The notes under the pieces are model-generated. The model searched no databases and was not told where the DNA came from. It was given only the letters and a program-made list of their open reading frames with translations. A stretch of DNA of 64,000 nt from Octopus vulgaris (taxonomy: Eukaryota), in contig OX597816.1 of assembly GCA_951406725.2 (NCBI GenBank), forward strand, positions 87,544,001-87,608,000, in the 5' to 3' direction. The translations under genes were made by a program, and so were the position numbers. Below are positions 37,680 to 51,202 of this stretch, one piece after another; within the stretch, counting starts at the first letter, position 1, and every line of letters begins with the position of its first letter.

Positions 37680-37896
37680 GGAGGCGCAATGGCCTAGTGG
37701 TTAGGGCAGCGGACTTGCGGTCGGAGGATCGCGGTTTCGATTCCCAGACCGGGCGTTGTGTGTGTTTATTGAGCGAAAAAACACCTAAAAGCTCCACGAG
37801 GCTCCGGCAGGAGGTGGTGATCCCTGCTGTACTCTTTCACCACTCTAAAAGGTGGTGCTCCAGCATGGCCGCAGTCAAAATGACTGAAACAAGTAC
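37680..37896 (+). mobile_element. Chimeric SINE: tRNA-like (Arg-type) head family D joined to a family-A tail
   Basis: ggcgcaatggcctagtggttaggg...ggtttcgattccc, then ctaaaaggtggtgctccagcatggccgcagtcaaaatgactgaaacaagt. Confidence 0.75.
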
Positions 37897-37927
<31 letters not shown>

Positions 37928-37953
37928 TACATACATATATATATATACATACG

Positions 37954-38007
<54 letters not shown>

Positions 38008-38659
38008 TATATATAATTGTGTGTGTGAATATATCTATGAATATATTATGTCTCCGTCTGTGTGTATGTGCACATTGCACATTCATATCTATAAAAGAGC
38101 AAATTGACTGCATTTTGTAATATATAGATGACAAGACCACTTCTGAAATAAATAAGATGGAAGTTATTATAAGGATTGTTCCTAAAGTGAGCATCAGATA
38201 TCATAAAGATAGAGGTTGGTGATGGCGATGAATAATGATCAGAGCAGGAAGCCTAAAGATGATGAGGCTGATAATAATGTTTGGGGAAATGAATGAAGAG
38301 GTGGGGCTCCTATCAAATTTAGCCAGAAAATCCTGAAGACAGAGTTTTTAAGATTCCTATTGTTGTTTTTCTTTTATTAATTAGTTGGAGGAAGAGGATG
38401 GTGGGTTGTGTAGTGGCCACATCCTTTGTTGGCTCTCCCAGAGGATATAGAACTTAAAGATAGGAAGGAAGGAATTATGTTTATTGTTTTGGTAAGGAAC
38501 TGGAAATTTTAGATTTAAAGGATAACAAACAGTAAGTAGATGAATGGAACTGTTGGCTAAGGAATTGAATGAAGTGATATAAATAATTGTGTATTTGTGT
38601 GTGTGTGTGTGATGTATGAGTCTCTCTCTTTTTCTCTCTCTCTCTCTCACACATATTTT

Positions 38660-38856
38660 ACTAGTCATTTTTGCTGAGCTGCTAAATTATGGAAACCTAA
38701 ACTAATACCACCTGTCAAACAGTGACAGACACAAACACACACACATGGGTATATATGTATTCATACATACATACATACATACATACATACATACATACAT
38801 ACATACATACATACATACATACATACATACATACATACATACATACATACATACAT

Positions 38857-38907
<51 letters not shown>

Positions 38908-39045
38908 CACACAATGGGTTTCCTCATTTTCCATTTATCAAATTCTCTCATGTGGTGTCATTTGGCCCAGGGCTGTTGTAGAAGACACTTGCCTTTGGTA
39001 CCAAGCAATGAGACTGAACCAAATCCATGTGATTGCAAAGTGAAC
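38660..39045 (-). mobile_element. Decayed family-A SINE containing a ~115-bp (TACA)n tract
   Basis: Family motifs flank the microsatellite. Confidence 0.7.
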
Positions 39046-41699
39046 CTCTCTGTCTGTCTGTCTTCTCTCTCTCTCTCTCTCTCTCATACATATACATATC
39101 TCCATACAGGCATGTGCACACATGCACACACGACACACATACACACATGCACGCACACACACGATGAGCTTCTATACAATTTCTGTCTACTAAATTCACT
39201 GAAGGCATTGGTCGACCCTGAAGTTATAGTAGAAGGCCCTCACCCAAGGTTTGCTTAGGAGGAGACTGTACCCCAAACTGTGTGGTCGTGTGTACTATTA
39301 CAGATTATTCTAACTGTTAAAAGACATGAAAACAAAGCTGCTAAATTTGATTATCTGAAAATAACTCCGTTAATTTGTAATGGATATTATTAAATAAAAC
39401 TTTTTAAAAAGTTGCATTAGACAAAATGTCTATGTTCTGTTTTTTGTTTTTATTTTACACTGAAATAATTTAATGCCGTTTAAGAACAGATTTCAGGGTG
39501 TTAAAAGTTTAAAAAAATATCTTGTAGCTTTTTATAAATGAACTATGACATTCTGCACTAAAAAATGTATTTAAATTTAATCAGATTAATATCCATAGAT
39601 AATGGGAGTATGTAGATTACTATTTTCTAAAAGAACTTTAGACATATCAGAAAGCAAAATTCTTTGGCCTTTTGACATTAGTATGGGATCAAAAGATTCC
39701 ACTGGGGTGAGTGAACAATCTTGTCAGACAGTACTTTTGTAATAATAGAATTACATAAGAGTTTAAGATGTGTATTCTATTTCTGATGATCTATTGAATT
39801 CTATCACACAAACGCACATACATCAATATTGTAGTCTTGAATTATATAAATATTAACATGAACTTGAAAAGATGGAACTGAATGTTGATTTAGGTACACT
39901 GTTAAAAACATGAGAGTCTATCATCTAAAATCAAGCTCAGATTGCTCTTCTTTAGAAAAAAAGAAAACAAAAGCTAGCTCAGTTATACCATTCAAGATGA
40001 AAACAACTGTCATTTCTTCCAAATTTAAGAAAGAGTTTATGCCAATACAGTAACTGAAGCTATTCATAACAGCTACTTTCACCTCACCTATGTAAAGCCT
40101 GTTGCATCTTCATTGTTTAAATTCCATCATCTGTGCTGGCATGGGTTGGATGGTTTTACAGGAGCCAATGAACTAGAGGACTGCATCAAGCTCCAATGTC
40201 TGTTTTGGCATAATTTCTTCAGTTGGATGCCCTTTCCTCATGTACAGGGTGCTTTTTGTTTGGCATGGCACAAGCTCTAGTGAAGTCACCAAGTATCTTG
40301 TAAGACCAGACCCCTCACTCAGATATGAACATAGTATTTGCCAAAGAATATATTTTTCCCTATGACAACTTAATATAGATCAAGAAGCAAACCTCTGTGC
40401 CCTTTTCACTTAAGCTTAGGATAAGAAAAAATTATTTCTGTGCTTAGTGTTGTTGTTGTTGGAGTCTACATCATAAATGCAATACATAAAAGTTTTCCCT
40501 TTCCTCGTTAATGGGGATTGATATAGAGTTGATGGATTGTTATTTCTAAGCAACTTTAAACTGCAAATCTTTTTAGATTACATAAGCACTTGCACATTTT
40601 AAAAAAAAATTACATTTTGTCAATATTCTTGCTGTATTTTGAAACCAGACAACCCACAATATATACCCTACAAAAATACAAAAACAAATTGGAAATTGAA
40701 TTGAATTTAAATAATAGAGTATCATCTTTTATTTATTATAAGTTATGGAATGAGGCAGGTTGCATTCTTGTCATTTGCACAATCTCCAATAAGTTGTGGT
40801 TGATGCTCATTGTTCTCTTCTGTAGTTTGGAGGTTTATATTTCTCATTTACACAGCATTATAAGAGACATAGGGACTCATTGTAAATTTATTTTAATTAT
40901 TCTTGAAATGATAAACTGTTGGGTTTAGCTGTGAGCTTGATCCTAATTGTTCTGGATATCATTAACTGTAGGGAACAGAAATGGCAAGAGTGGTAATAAC
41001 TGCTTTTGTGGTGGTGGTGGTAGTAGCTCTGCTGCTTTTAATGTGGTATTGGTTGTTGCATTTGTGGTTGTTTGGGTTATTGTGAGATACTTTGGCAATG
41101 GCAGCATTGTTTAATCCTGGCTGTTTTTAATAGAAAGGAAGGCTTTGAGAAGTATGGGATTGGGTGTACATGGTATTCATATGATTGTTTGTGCTGTGGG
41201 GAAGAAGAATGTGTCAGGTGTGAGTGTGTAGGGTGGTGGTGGTGGTGGTGGTGGTGGTGGATGGGTAGAGGTTAGAGGGTAAATACTTTTACCACTTGGG
41301 AGTAATTAAAAATAGAATAAAGATAAGATAGCTTGGCAAGGTGGGGGTAGATCTGTGTAGTTGGGTGTCTGACTAAATTCTCTCTCATCTAGTCCCCATA
41401 TCTATCTTTTTGACTTGTATAAGATGGGCTGCTGCTATTACTTGCTACTTATGATGATGATGATGATGGTGATTGTGCCAGGAGCTGATAATGGCAATAA
41501 TGATGACATGTGAATGGGGTGGGAGAAAGTGAGGGTGCCAGATGCAGGCAGATTTCTACATCTATTTTCCACTCCATTTCTATACCCTTTCATCTTTGTC
41601 TTTTCATTCACTTATCACCTCCCCCACCGCACCCTGCACATCATCATATCTTTTTTATTAATTATCTTGTTTCCCCCCTTTCTTCAACACACACACAGG

Positions 41700-41739
<40 letters not shown>

Positions 41740-41957
41740 TACTGACACAAATAATACAAAATATAGAACACACGCTCACACATCATTTGCATGTGCCATA
41801 CACAAATTACATACACTTAAATAGTATTAATTATAGAACACACACACACACACACACTGATATAAACAGGAGACAAAACATTATCATAAGCTGTTTTGGC
41901 AGGCATCTCCTCTTCCTGCCCCTTACAATTATTAATCATCATCATAAACATCGTTTC

Positions 41958-42013
41958 AAGGAGATTTAATTGGACTAAGGAGATTTAATTGAAGTAAGGA
42001 GATTTAGTTGGAC
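41958..42013. repeat. Short tandem repeat, 3 copies of ~19-20 bp (aaggagatttaattgga)
   Basis: Read directly. Confidence 0.85.
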
Positions 42014-42246
42014 ATATTAAGAGAAAAGAAAGTATAGAACTATAGTAATGATTTGAAGGGATTTCAACTCTTCCTCTTCCTCTCTCTCTCTCTTTTACTC
42101 TCATCAATCTACTGATGATGATGATGATGCTATTATATGTAGTATTAGGGCAATCAATGTGTGGCCTGAGTCAAAATAAAGACAGTTACATCCCTTTGTA
42201 GTACTTAAGAAAACTTATACCAAGCAGAAGTAGTCATTGCTTTTTG

Positions 42247-42657
42247 TTGTTTAACCCCTGTCATTCCTGACTGATTATGTTGACCTATAATGAAATGGCT
42301 TATTAAACATAGTATAGCCAGGACTCCATGGCGGTGGCCTTAATTGTAATCAAGCTGAAGTCGACATTGCCTTTCATTGTTTAACCCATGTCATCCTTGA
42401 ATATGATGACATATAATGAAATGCCTTCCACTTACCACTGATGGCCATCACTGCTTAGTAATGAACATAGTATATTCAGGGTTGTTGCATGATAGTGGTC
42501 TAAATTGTAATCAGGCCAATGTAGACATGGCCTCTCATTGTTTAACCCTTGTCATCCCAGATTATGTTGACCGATAATGAAATGCCTTCCAACTTCCACC
42601 CATGGCCATCACTGCTTATTATGAGATATAGTATATCCAGGACTTCACAGTGGTGGT
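42247..42657. repeat. Diverged tandem repeat, ~3 units of 130-160 bp
   Basis: ttgtttaaccc.tgtcat...ataatgaaatg...catagtata unit at 42247, 42377 and 42538. Confidence 0.85.
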
Positions 42658-42950
42658 TGATTAGCAGAATTGTTAAAAGGTCAAAGGAAGCAAGAGACCT
42701 AGTGGTATCTTTTTTGGCTCTTTGCATCATGATGGCAATGTTCGTGATGACACCGACATCAAGCTGTATTGGCCTTATTCAGTGTCATGGGAAGGAGACT
42801 TGCATGAACGGTTAACTGCTAGTCTTCCTCAACAAAATATAAAAAGAAAAAGAAAAAAAGCCTAGCACTGCATATATATATTTGCAGCCTTGGTTGAAGA
42901 AAGGCCCTTATGGTCAGTGACTTTCAGAAAATGGGTTTGTTGAGTTTTAA

Positions 42951-43167
42951 CCCTTTTGCATTTGGATTACTCTGTCAAATTTAATGCTTATTTATTTGCA
43001 TTTTGAATTAATCTTGCATTGTCTTGTAGCTTTGAGAATTCAATGATGTGATTGTTTATTTTCAGAATTACATTGCAAGGTAGGTGTAAGAGGCTTGATC
43101 TGGCCAGTTTAAACATAAAACTGTTAAGATATATGGGCTGGATATGGCCGGTTTAAGTACTAAAGGG
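42951..43167 (+). mobile_element. piggyBac-type MITE
   Basis: TTAA-ccctttt(g)ca ... tactaaaggg-ta(a)a; further copies at 46968-47187 and 5085-5619. Confidence 0.8.
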
Positions 43168-44695
43168 TAAAATCCACCACAATACTTGATTGATGCTTTA
43201 TTGTTTTTTTAGCCCTTTAGGGATGAAAAGTAAAGTTGTTCTTGGTGGGTTTTGGACTTGGGACACAAAAGCTCTGGAGAAAGGATAAAATTTAGTGATC
43301 CTGATCATATGATAATAACACCCATTTTTAAGGTGCAAGGCCACATAATTTGTGGAGAAGGGTCAATTGACTGAATCAGTGAACTTGACTGATACTTTAT
43401 TTTATTGATATTCCCTCCCCTTTGTTAAGATGACAGACATATTTGATCCTCATAAACTATGATGTAACCAAATCATCATCATCATCATTTTAATGTCTAC
43501 TTTTCCTTACTTGCATGGATCAGATAGAATTTGTTTAAGCAAATTTTCTACTGTCAGACACCCTTCCTGTTGCCAATATTGACCTTATGTCTCCATGGCT
43601 TGACATGTTTTCATGGAAGATTGGCAGTGAACAACACTGTTTGGGTAACGGCAATGCATGTTTACAATTGAAACACTGCTCTGCTGGTACTATTATCCAT
43701 TGTGCACTTTAAATAATGTTTTCATAACACTAGTGCAAATGTGGTATTTGAACATACAGAAAATCAATTCAGTGAACACTGGTATTTGATACGGTACTTA
43801 TTTTCTTGACATTCAGAATTGATCTGTTCAAGATTGAAGTCTAAGAAAACAATTAAGCGGCACAACTAAATAACACAAGATGTATTTATTGTCCCAGTGC
43901 TTTACAGATAGATTCTGCTAATCCACCATAATATTAATAATTAGCCACCAATAACCTGTCATCTGTGAACTGGTTGGTTGGTAATTATTTTCAGCTTTAG
44001 TTTACAATAGAAAAAAAAAAACAAAAAAAAAACAGAAAATGACAAAGTAAATGGTGTGAAGATTTTTTTCGCCTGGTAGTGTACTGACAAATAATACTAT
44101 ATCTTTCAAAACTCATCTGCTTCATTACGTCTTCAAATTGCCTTTAATAATTGACAATGCCAATAATTGCATGTAAACCAAGGAGACAGATGCTGGTTGA
44201 TAAACTTTGAATTATTCATTTCAGTAATTCTGAAAATTTCTCCTGTATACATACACGTGTTCATACTCACATTATGCACACACATACACACGTGTGCACT
44301 TTTACGTACACATACATATATGTGTGTCTGCGTGCAGTATATATATTTATATGTGTTTGCACATTTAGGCATGCACACATATGTTTATGTATAAGCATAT
44401 TTATATAATCACAACAACTGCAGTTATTTATCCTCACATCAACCTGTGTGTGTGTGTGTGATAGTTATTTATCGCATACATATATATTTATAATATTGGA
44501 AGAAGTGAAGTGAATTGCCTAGATATTTTGGGATGTGAGAGAATTATCCACCCACCAACATGTGATAATGGCTGCTGTTGTCTTCAATGGTTGGTTTTGG
44601 TGATTTGTAAGAAGGAATTATGCATTACTTAGAGCTAGCTTGATTGAATCTGTTGGGTTGGTTATATGTTCCTCAACATGATAAGAATGTAGCAA

Positions 44696-44920
44696 AGTGA
44701 GCTGGCAGAAACAGTAGCATGCCGGGCGAAATGCTTAGCAATATTTCATCTGCCATTACATTCTGAGTTCAAATTCCTCCGGGGTCGACTTTGCCTTTCA
44801 ACTTTTCGGAGTTGATAAATTAAGTACCAGTTATGCACTGGGGTTGATGTAATTGACTAAATCCCTTTGCCTGTCCTTGTTTGTCCCCTCTATGTTTAGC
44901 CCCTTGTGTGCAATAAAGAA
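44696..44920 (+). mobile_element. Family-B SINE with 15-bp TSD
   Basis: TSD ataagaatg(t/c)agcaa at 44681-44695 and 44921-44935. Confidence 0.9.
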
Positions 44921-45129
44921 ATAAGAATGCAGCAAGGCAAAGTGATATTTTGTTACAACTGGGAATCTAAGGTTAAATTGTAAGAGTTTTACCTGCTGTT
45001 TGATTCCTATGCACTGCTGCACTATCTCACAAAGATAGATGCATGCAGGTATGCCAACATGTTTAACTCTGTTGCAGATTCATTGAAAGACATAACTGTT
45101 TAGGGTACAAAAGAAAAAAAAAACTCAGT

Positions 45130-45523
45130 TCTTTTATCTTTTACCTTGTTAGACTCATTAGACTGCGGTCATGCTGGGGCACCGCCATGAAGAATTTTTA
45201 GGCAAATGAATCAACCCCAGTACTTATTCCTCTAAGCCTGGTACTTCTTGATCAATGTCTTTTGCCAATCCACTAAGTTATATGGACATGAACACAGCAG
45301 TGCCAGTTGTTAAGTGTTGGTGAGGGTCAAACACAGACACAGACACACACACACACACATGTATATAGTGGCTTCTTTTCCATTTCCATTTGCCAAATCC
45401 ACTCGTAAGGCCTTGGTTGGCCCAAGGCTGTAGTAGAACACACTTGCCCAAGGTGCCACACTGTGGGTTTGAACTTGGAACCATGTGGTTGGGAAGTAAG
45501 CTTCTTACCACACAGCCACACCT
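45130..45523 (-). mobile_element. Family-A SINE
   Basis: Reverse-complement head and tail motifs. Confidence 0.8.
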
Positions 45524-45593
45524 AAAATAAAACAAAGAATACATTGAATTATGTACTCTTTGAGACACTTATTTAAAACTGGATTGTTATGGC

Positions 45594-45910
45594 AGAGGCC
45601 AGTCAGGTGGTACTGGCATGAGGGCCAGTCAGGTGGTACTGGCATGAGGGCCAGTCAGGTGGTACTGGCATGAGGGCCAGTCAGGTGGTACTGGCAACGG
45701 CCACGCTCAAAATGGTGTTTTTTACATGCCACCTGCACAGGAGCCAGTGAATGTTTTTTTTCACATGCCATTGGGGTGACGCTGGTAATGATCATGCTTG
45801 AATGGTGCTTTTTAGGTGCCACCGGCATGGACGCCAGTTAGCTGCTCTGGCAACGATCACACTCAGATGGTGCTCTTAGTGTTCCACTTGCACAGATACC
45901 AGTCATCGAA
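45594..45910 (-). mobile_element. Family-E fragment starting with 4 tandem copies of a 26-bp unit
   Basis: (gagggccagtcaggtggtactggcat)x4, then ~60-bp family-E units. Confidence 0.85.
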
Positions 45911-46336
45911 TTTGATTTCGATATTACACTTTTTCCAGAACAATTTAAAAAAAAAAGTTATAGAGGTTTAAAGTTTGATAATTTTCACCCAGTCAGAAAA
46001 CAGGATTTGGAAGCTGTCATTTTGTGCATGATGTGTTTTAATATGAAACTTCTGCTTTATGCATTGACATATAACCCCTCATTTTTGGTGTGTGGGGAAT
46101 TTGTATTCTACACTTGGGAATTCATACAATGATGCAAAAACCAAAAAAAGGTAAAAAAACGCAGGTGCATGATTTAAGGCCTGCTTGGCTGTTATTTTTT
46201 AGCACATCTCTTGACCAGAGTACAGACAGCAGATGGACACAAGCAACAGAACACAGCCCCGATGCACATGCTTTCGCGTAGAATATATTTATCAATATAT
46301 ACTCTCTTGCCAACAAAGAGTTCTTGTGTTTGGCTT

Positions 46337-46350
46337 GTTACTATGGAAAC
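46337..46350. promoter_or_regulatory. RFX X-box motif
   Basis: gttactatggaaac fits GTTNCY-AT-RGNAAC and lies in non-repetitive DNA; function not shown. Confidence 0.35.
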
Positions 46351-46967
46351 AAGCATGAATATGTCTGTGGCTAAAATTATCCCAAATTTTCAAACTTTAA
46401 AAGCTAATAACACTTTGTTTATTGATTTATTGTGAAAATGAATTTCAAAGCAGTGATTAGCATATAAAACCATATCATCACACAGAATATGAAATCAATT
46501 CGAGCAGGAATTGAAGAGATTGAAAATTGGCAGCCAAACAGAAAAGATCCTTGATAGTTTGGACTTCTACTAAAAGCATTGGTTATATGTCTTGAATTTT
46601 TAAGATTGCTTAACTTGTAATGGGTCACTCCATCCATCACAACTATAAGTAGATACTATAGAAGGAGTGAATCTGTGAGTAGGAACTGTAAGTAAGTGTA
46701 GCTTAGTACTTGACCAGCTGACAAGTATTTCCTGAGCTTGTACTGCTGAGTTCTAGAGTTCAATCCTTCCAGTTTCAATGACTCAAAAAAGGAAAAGAAT
46801 CAGTTACACTAATTTGATTCCCAGCTGTTCTACATCCAAGGCCAATTATATTTCTATCATTTACTGCAAGAACCTGAATCAAACCAGTGAAGGAGTTCTA
46901 TGTATGGTTGATTAATCTGCTAGAAATAGCAGCTAGATTTCTTTCAACTAACACTCAACCATTTGAA

Positions 46968-47187
46968 CTTTTTAACATTCACATTATTCTGTTGAAAGTA
47001 ATGCTTATTTATTCACATTGTTTTGAATTAATCATGCATTGTTTTGTAGCTTTGAGATTTTGATTATGTGATTGCTTATTTTTAGAATAATATTGTAGGG
47101 TAAGTGTGAGAGGCCAGATCTCACCAGTTAGAACATAAAGCAGTTGGGATATTTCGGTTGGAGATGGCCAGTTTAAATGCTAAAGAG
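46968..47187 (+). mobile_element. piggyBac-type MITE
   Basis: Colinear with 42951-43167; ends tgctaaagag-ttaa. Confidence 0.75.
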
Positions 47188-47562
47188 TTAAAGAGGGAAA
47201 GAGCACAGTGATTTATATAAGTATAAATATAGTTTAAAAGAAGGGATTGTCACGGTTGAGCTATCTTTCATCATAGGTCTACTCAGTTAGGGCTGACTGA
47301 CCTAGGGTTAAATAACAATAACAAAGGCTGAGTAACTGAAGCATTTATGAATTCCATTGTAAATGTCTCTGTGGTATTTCAATACATATGTGCCTGCCCT
47401 GAGTTCAGATCTTACCTGAGTTGAATTTGGCCTACCTGAGAAAGGGACAGTGATGTTAATTAAAATATACACCTGTAATGTAATGGTATTCAGTTGAAAT
47501 GGTCTGCATCTTTTTCTTACAAATATATTGGTTTTATGATAGTGTAAGAAATCAATAATTAA

Positions 47563-47963
47563 CGGAGTGGCTGTGTGGTAAGTAGCTTGCTAACCAACCA
47601 CATGGTTCCGGGTTCAGTCCCACTGCGTGGCATCTTGGGCAAGTGTCTTCTACTATAGCCTAGGGCCAACCAAAGCCTTGTGAGTGGATTTGGTAGACGG
47701 AAACTGAAAGAAGCCCGTCGTATATATGTATATATATATGTGTGCGTGTATGTCTGTGTGTCTGTGTTTGTCCTCCTAGCATTGCTTGACAACTGATGTT
47801 GGTGTGTTTACGTCCCCGTCACTTAGCAGTTTGGCAAAAGAGACCGATAGAATAAGTCCTGGGCTTACAAAGAATAAGTTCCCGGGTCGATTTGCTCGAC
47901 TAAAGGTGGTGCTCCAGCATGGCCGCAGTCAAATGACTGAAATAAGTAAAAGAGAGTAAAGAG
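47563..47963 (+). mobile_element. Young full-length family-A tRNA-derived SINE
   Basis: A-box-like tggctgtgtggtaag, B-box-like gggttcagtccc, internal TA/TG tract, gtaaaagagagtaaaga tail. Confidence 0.95.
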
Positions 47964-48390
47964 ACTTGACATAAAGCCACACGCTTAACTTAAAACAAAG
48001 ACACTGAAAGGAAAAATGTTTATTCTGTTTGATGACGGCTGTTTCATACGTAACATCTCACAGTGAAGCAGAGCTTACTGTGAGCTCTCGCTGAGTGTTT
48101 GAATGTCTTTTCCTGTTATTATATGTTTAGGGATTCTGTTTTTCTATATTGGATGAGTTGAATGGGGATTTTTGAGGCAGTATTTTATGATCAGAATACC
48201 TTCTTGATGCCAATCCTTTTAGATGTGTTTTAGAACAGGCAAGGCTATGGAATACTTATTACCCCCCCACCCCACACACCCAAAAAAAAACAAGTGAGAC
48301 ACGCTGATGTAGTACTATGTATCACAAACACACACATGTATACACATGTATTTATATTTATTTATATATATATATATACACACACACACG

Positions 48391-48422
<32 letters not shown>

Positions 48423-48423
<1 letters not shown>

Positions 48424-48610
48424 TTAATCAAAAAATGGAGAAAAAAGACAAGAAGAAAAAAAGCAATGCGAGGACATGCTACATGCAAAGTATTAATAAG
48501 ACACTCAGAGAAGGTTGTTTTACATTATAAGCAAAGCTCTTTGGAAACAGGAGACATAGAAAAGTTCAAAAGAAAAGGAAGAAGGAGGGAAAAATTGCCA
48601 CCAGTCCATG
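48423..48610 (-). mobile_element. Probable decayed Penelope-like terminal-repeat remnant
   Basis: Follows (TA)n, strong purine skew, vestigial hammerhead-like gagctttgctt stem on the minus strand. Confidence 0.35.
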
Positions 48611-49019
48611 TATATACATTATACAATAACCTCAACCCATTACCAACAGTCATTATATCATCATGAGCGGAGAGAGCTTACATGTGGTGATGTTCTTTCC
48701 ATAGCAACATGATTGCCCAAATGTAAGACACGACATTATGTATGAATGTATCTGACGTGACCCACACTGCAAAATTGATGCAGCACAGCATTCCACCTAT
48801 AAAGAACACTTGCAGGCAGGATTGGATGAAACGGTTGTCGTACAAAATAAAGCGTTATACCAATTCCATCTTTTGTTTACTTAATCGATTATTATCTCAA
48901 CTAACACTGTGGAATTCCTGAAGTAGATCCAATGGAAATATACCCCAACTGCAGATGACACCAGGTAGCCTAAACTGTGCCAGTGCTTTACTCAACACAT
49001 CAGCACACTAATTGATATC

Positions 49020-49418
49020 TCTTTTACTCTCACTTTTACTTGTTTCAGTCATTTGACTGTGGCCATGCTGGAGCACCGCCTTTAATCAAGCAACTCGACC
49101 CCGGGACTTATTCTTTGTAAGCCCAGTACTTATTCTATCAGTGTCTTTTGCCGAACCACTAAGTGACGGGGACATAAACACACCAGCATCGGTTGTCAAG
49201 CAATGCTAGAGGGACAAACACAGACACACACACATACACATACATATATATATATACATATATACGACGGGCTTCTTTCAGTTTCCGTCTACCAAATCCA
49301 CTCACAAGGCTTTGGTTGGCCCGAGGCTATAGTAGAAGACACTTGCCCAAGGTGCCATGCAGTCGACTGAACCCGGAACCATGTGGTTGGTAAACAAGCT
49401 ACTTACCACACAGCCACT
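49020..49418 (-). mobile_element. Young full-length family-A SINE, inverted relative to 47563
   Basis: Reverse-complement match over ~400 bp. Confidence 0.95.
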
Positions 49419-49828
49419 ATTACTTGATTAGTTTCCAAAGAACTGCCTGGGTCAGATTCCTTAATTAAGAGAAAGTTTAAGAGTTTTAAAGTTTCACTGG
49501 TCGCTGGAGTGTGAGAGTGTCTGAAGAAAGATATTCAAAAGACGATTTAATTGCTAGTCAACTCATTATTTTAACTTCAGTCTCCTAATTTAACCACCAC
49601 TTCAATTATGAGACAGATTGCTTGCAATCTACTTGCCTATTCTACATCAAATCACACCCTACCATCTTGAGAAAAAAAAAAAAATCATCCAACCAACAAG
49701 GTAGTCTATGTATGTATGTATGTATGTATGTATGTATGTATGTATGTATGTATGTATGTATGTATGTATGTATGTATGTATGTATGTATGTATGTATGTA
49801 TGTGTGTGTGTGTGAATTTGTGTGTGTG

Positions 49829-49870
<42 letters not shown>

Positions 49871-49874
<4 letters not shown>

Positions 49875-50000
49875 TAAGAATTTTTTGCATAATGAGATAA
49901 AAAAACTAAGGCTGTATAGATATTAGAGCATTTATAGATGTTCTAATATATACAAACCCTTGGTTTTTTTTTATGTCATTACCCAAAAAATTCTTATATA
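49871..50000. repeat. Imperfect inverted repeat (~60-bp arms) next to (TA)n
   Basis: tatataagaatttttt...atattagagcat / atgttctaatat...aaaaaattcttatata. Confidence 0.8.
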
Positions 50001-50143
50001 AACACGCTGACATATGACCAACGTTTGAACCCCTTATTCGCAAAATCACCGAACCCGGAACTTAACTATGGTCTGTCTACAGCATTTATTCAGCATTACC
50101 TGACACCTTTGGGTCTGAATGACACCATTACCTCTTATAACCT

Positions 50144-50184
<41 letters not shown>

Positions 50185-50185
<1 letters not shown>

Positions 50186-50445
50186 GTTTTGACTATGAGG
50201 GTTCCAGTTGATCCAATCAATGAAACAGTCTACTTGTGAAATTAACATGCGAGTGGCTGAGCACACCACAGAAACGTGCACCATTAACATAGTTCTCAGG
50301 GAGTTTCAGCTTGACACAGAATTTGACAAGGCTGACCTTTTGAAATACAGGTACTGTTCACTTTTGCCAGCTGAACGGACTGAAGCAACATGAACTGAAC
50401 TCATGACCTTGCAACTGAATTATTGACTAAGCACACGCTTTCACA
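50185..50445 (-). mobile_element. Family-C SINE, decayed
   Basis: Reverse complement of the 15559-15884 body. Confidence 0.75.
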
Positions 50446-51109
50446 GTATATATATATGTGTGTATATATATATATAAAATACCAAAACTACAGTGCCACA
50501 TAAAAGGTGTTGGTGATAGTGCCACATAAAAAGCACCCACTACACTCTGTAAAGTGGTTGGCATTATTAGGAAGGGCATCTAGCTTTAGAAACCCAGCCA
50601 ATACACCATGGAACTTGGTGAAGCCCCTGGCCTTGCCAGCTCCTGTCAAGCCATCCAACCCATGCCAGCATGGAAAATGGACATTGAAGGATAATGGTTA
50701 TATGTATATATGTATATTCAGTTGGTGGGCTTCATTCAGTTTCTGTCAGTTATCAAATTCACTCATAAGGCTCACTCCAGGGCCATAGTAGAAGGTTCCT
50801 GCTTAAAGTGCCATGCTTTGGGACTGAACCCAAAACCATGTGGTTGGGAAGCAGACTTTATAATCACATAGTCATTGTTACGCACACACACGCGCGTGCG
50901 CACGAAGTACATATGTATGCATATGCTCTCAGTCTGTACTCTCTAACATGAATAGAGTTCTCTCATTTGTTGAATAAACATCCTTTAAATACTCTATCAC
51001 TTATTCTCTCTCTCTCACTATACACATATAAGGCACAATGTGTATATATTTAAAGAACATCACCAGCATGAAAGACAATTACCCAAGTGAAGAAATGCAT
51101 TTATATATA

Positions 51110-51155
51110 TATATACAAGCATATATAATGTGTGTTCTATATATTTTGTATGTGT

Positions 51156-51202
<47 letters not shown>

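Noticed and set aside
37680-37755. tRNA gene
   Set aside because: A and B boxes are present, but there is no acceptor stem or T-run terminator and it runs into a SINE body
47559-47792. Recurring ORFs of the type RRASFSFRLPNPLTR...
   Set aside because: Antisense translations of family-A SINE copies
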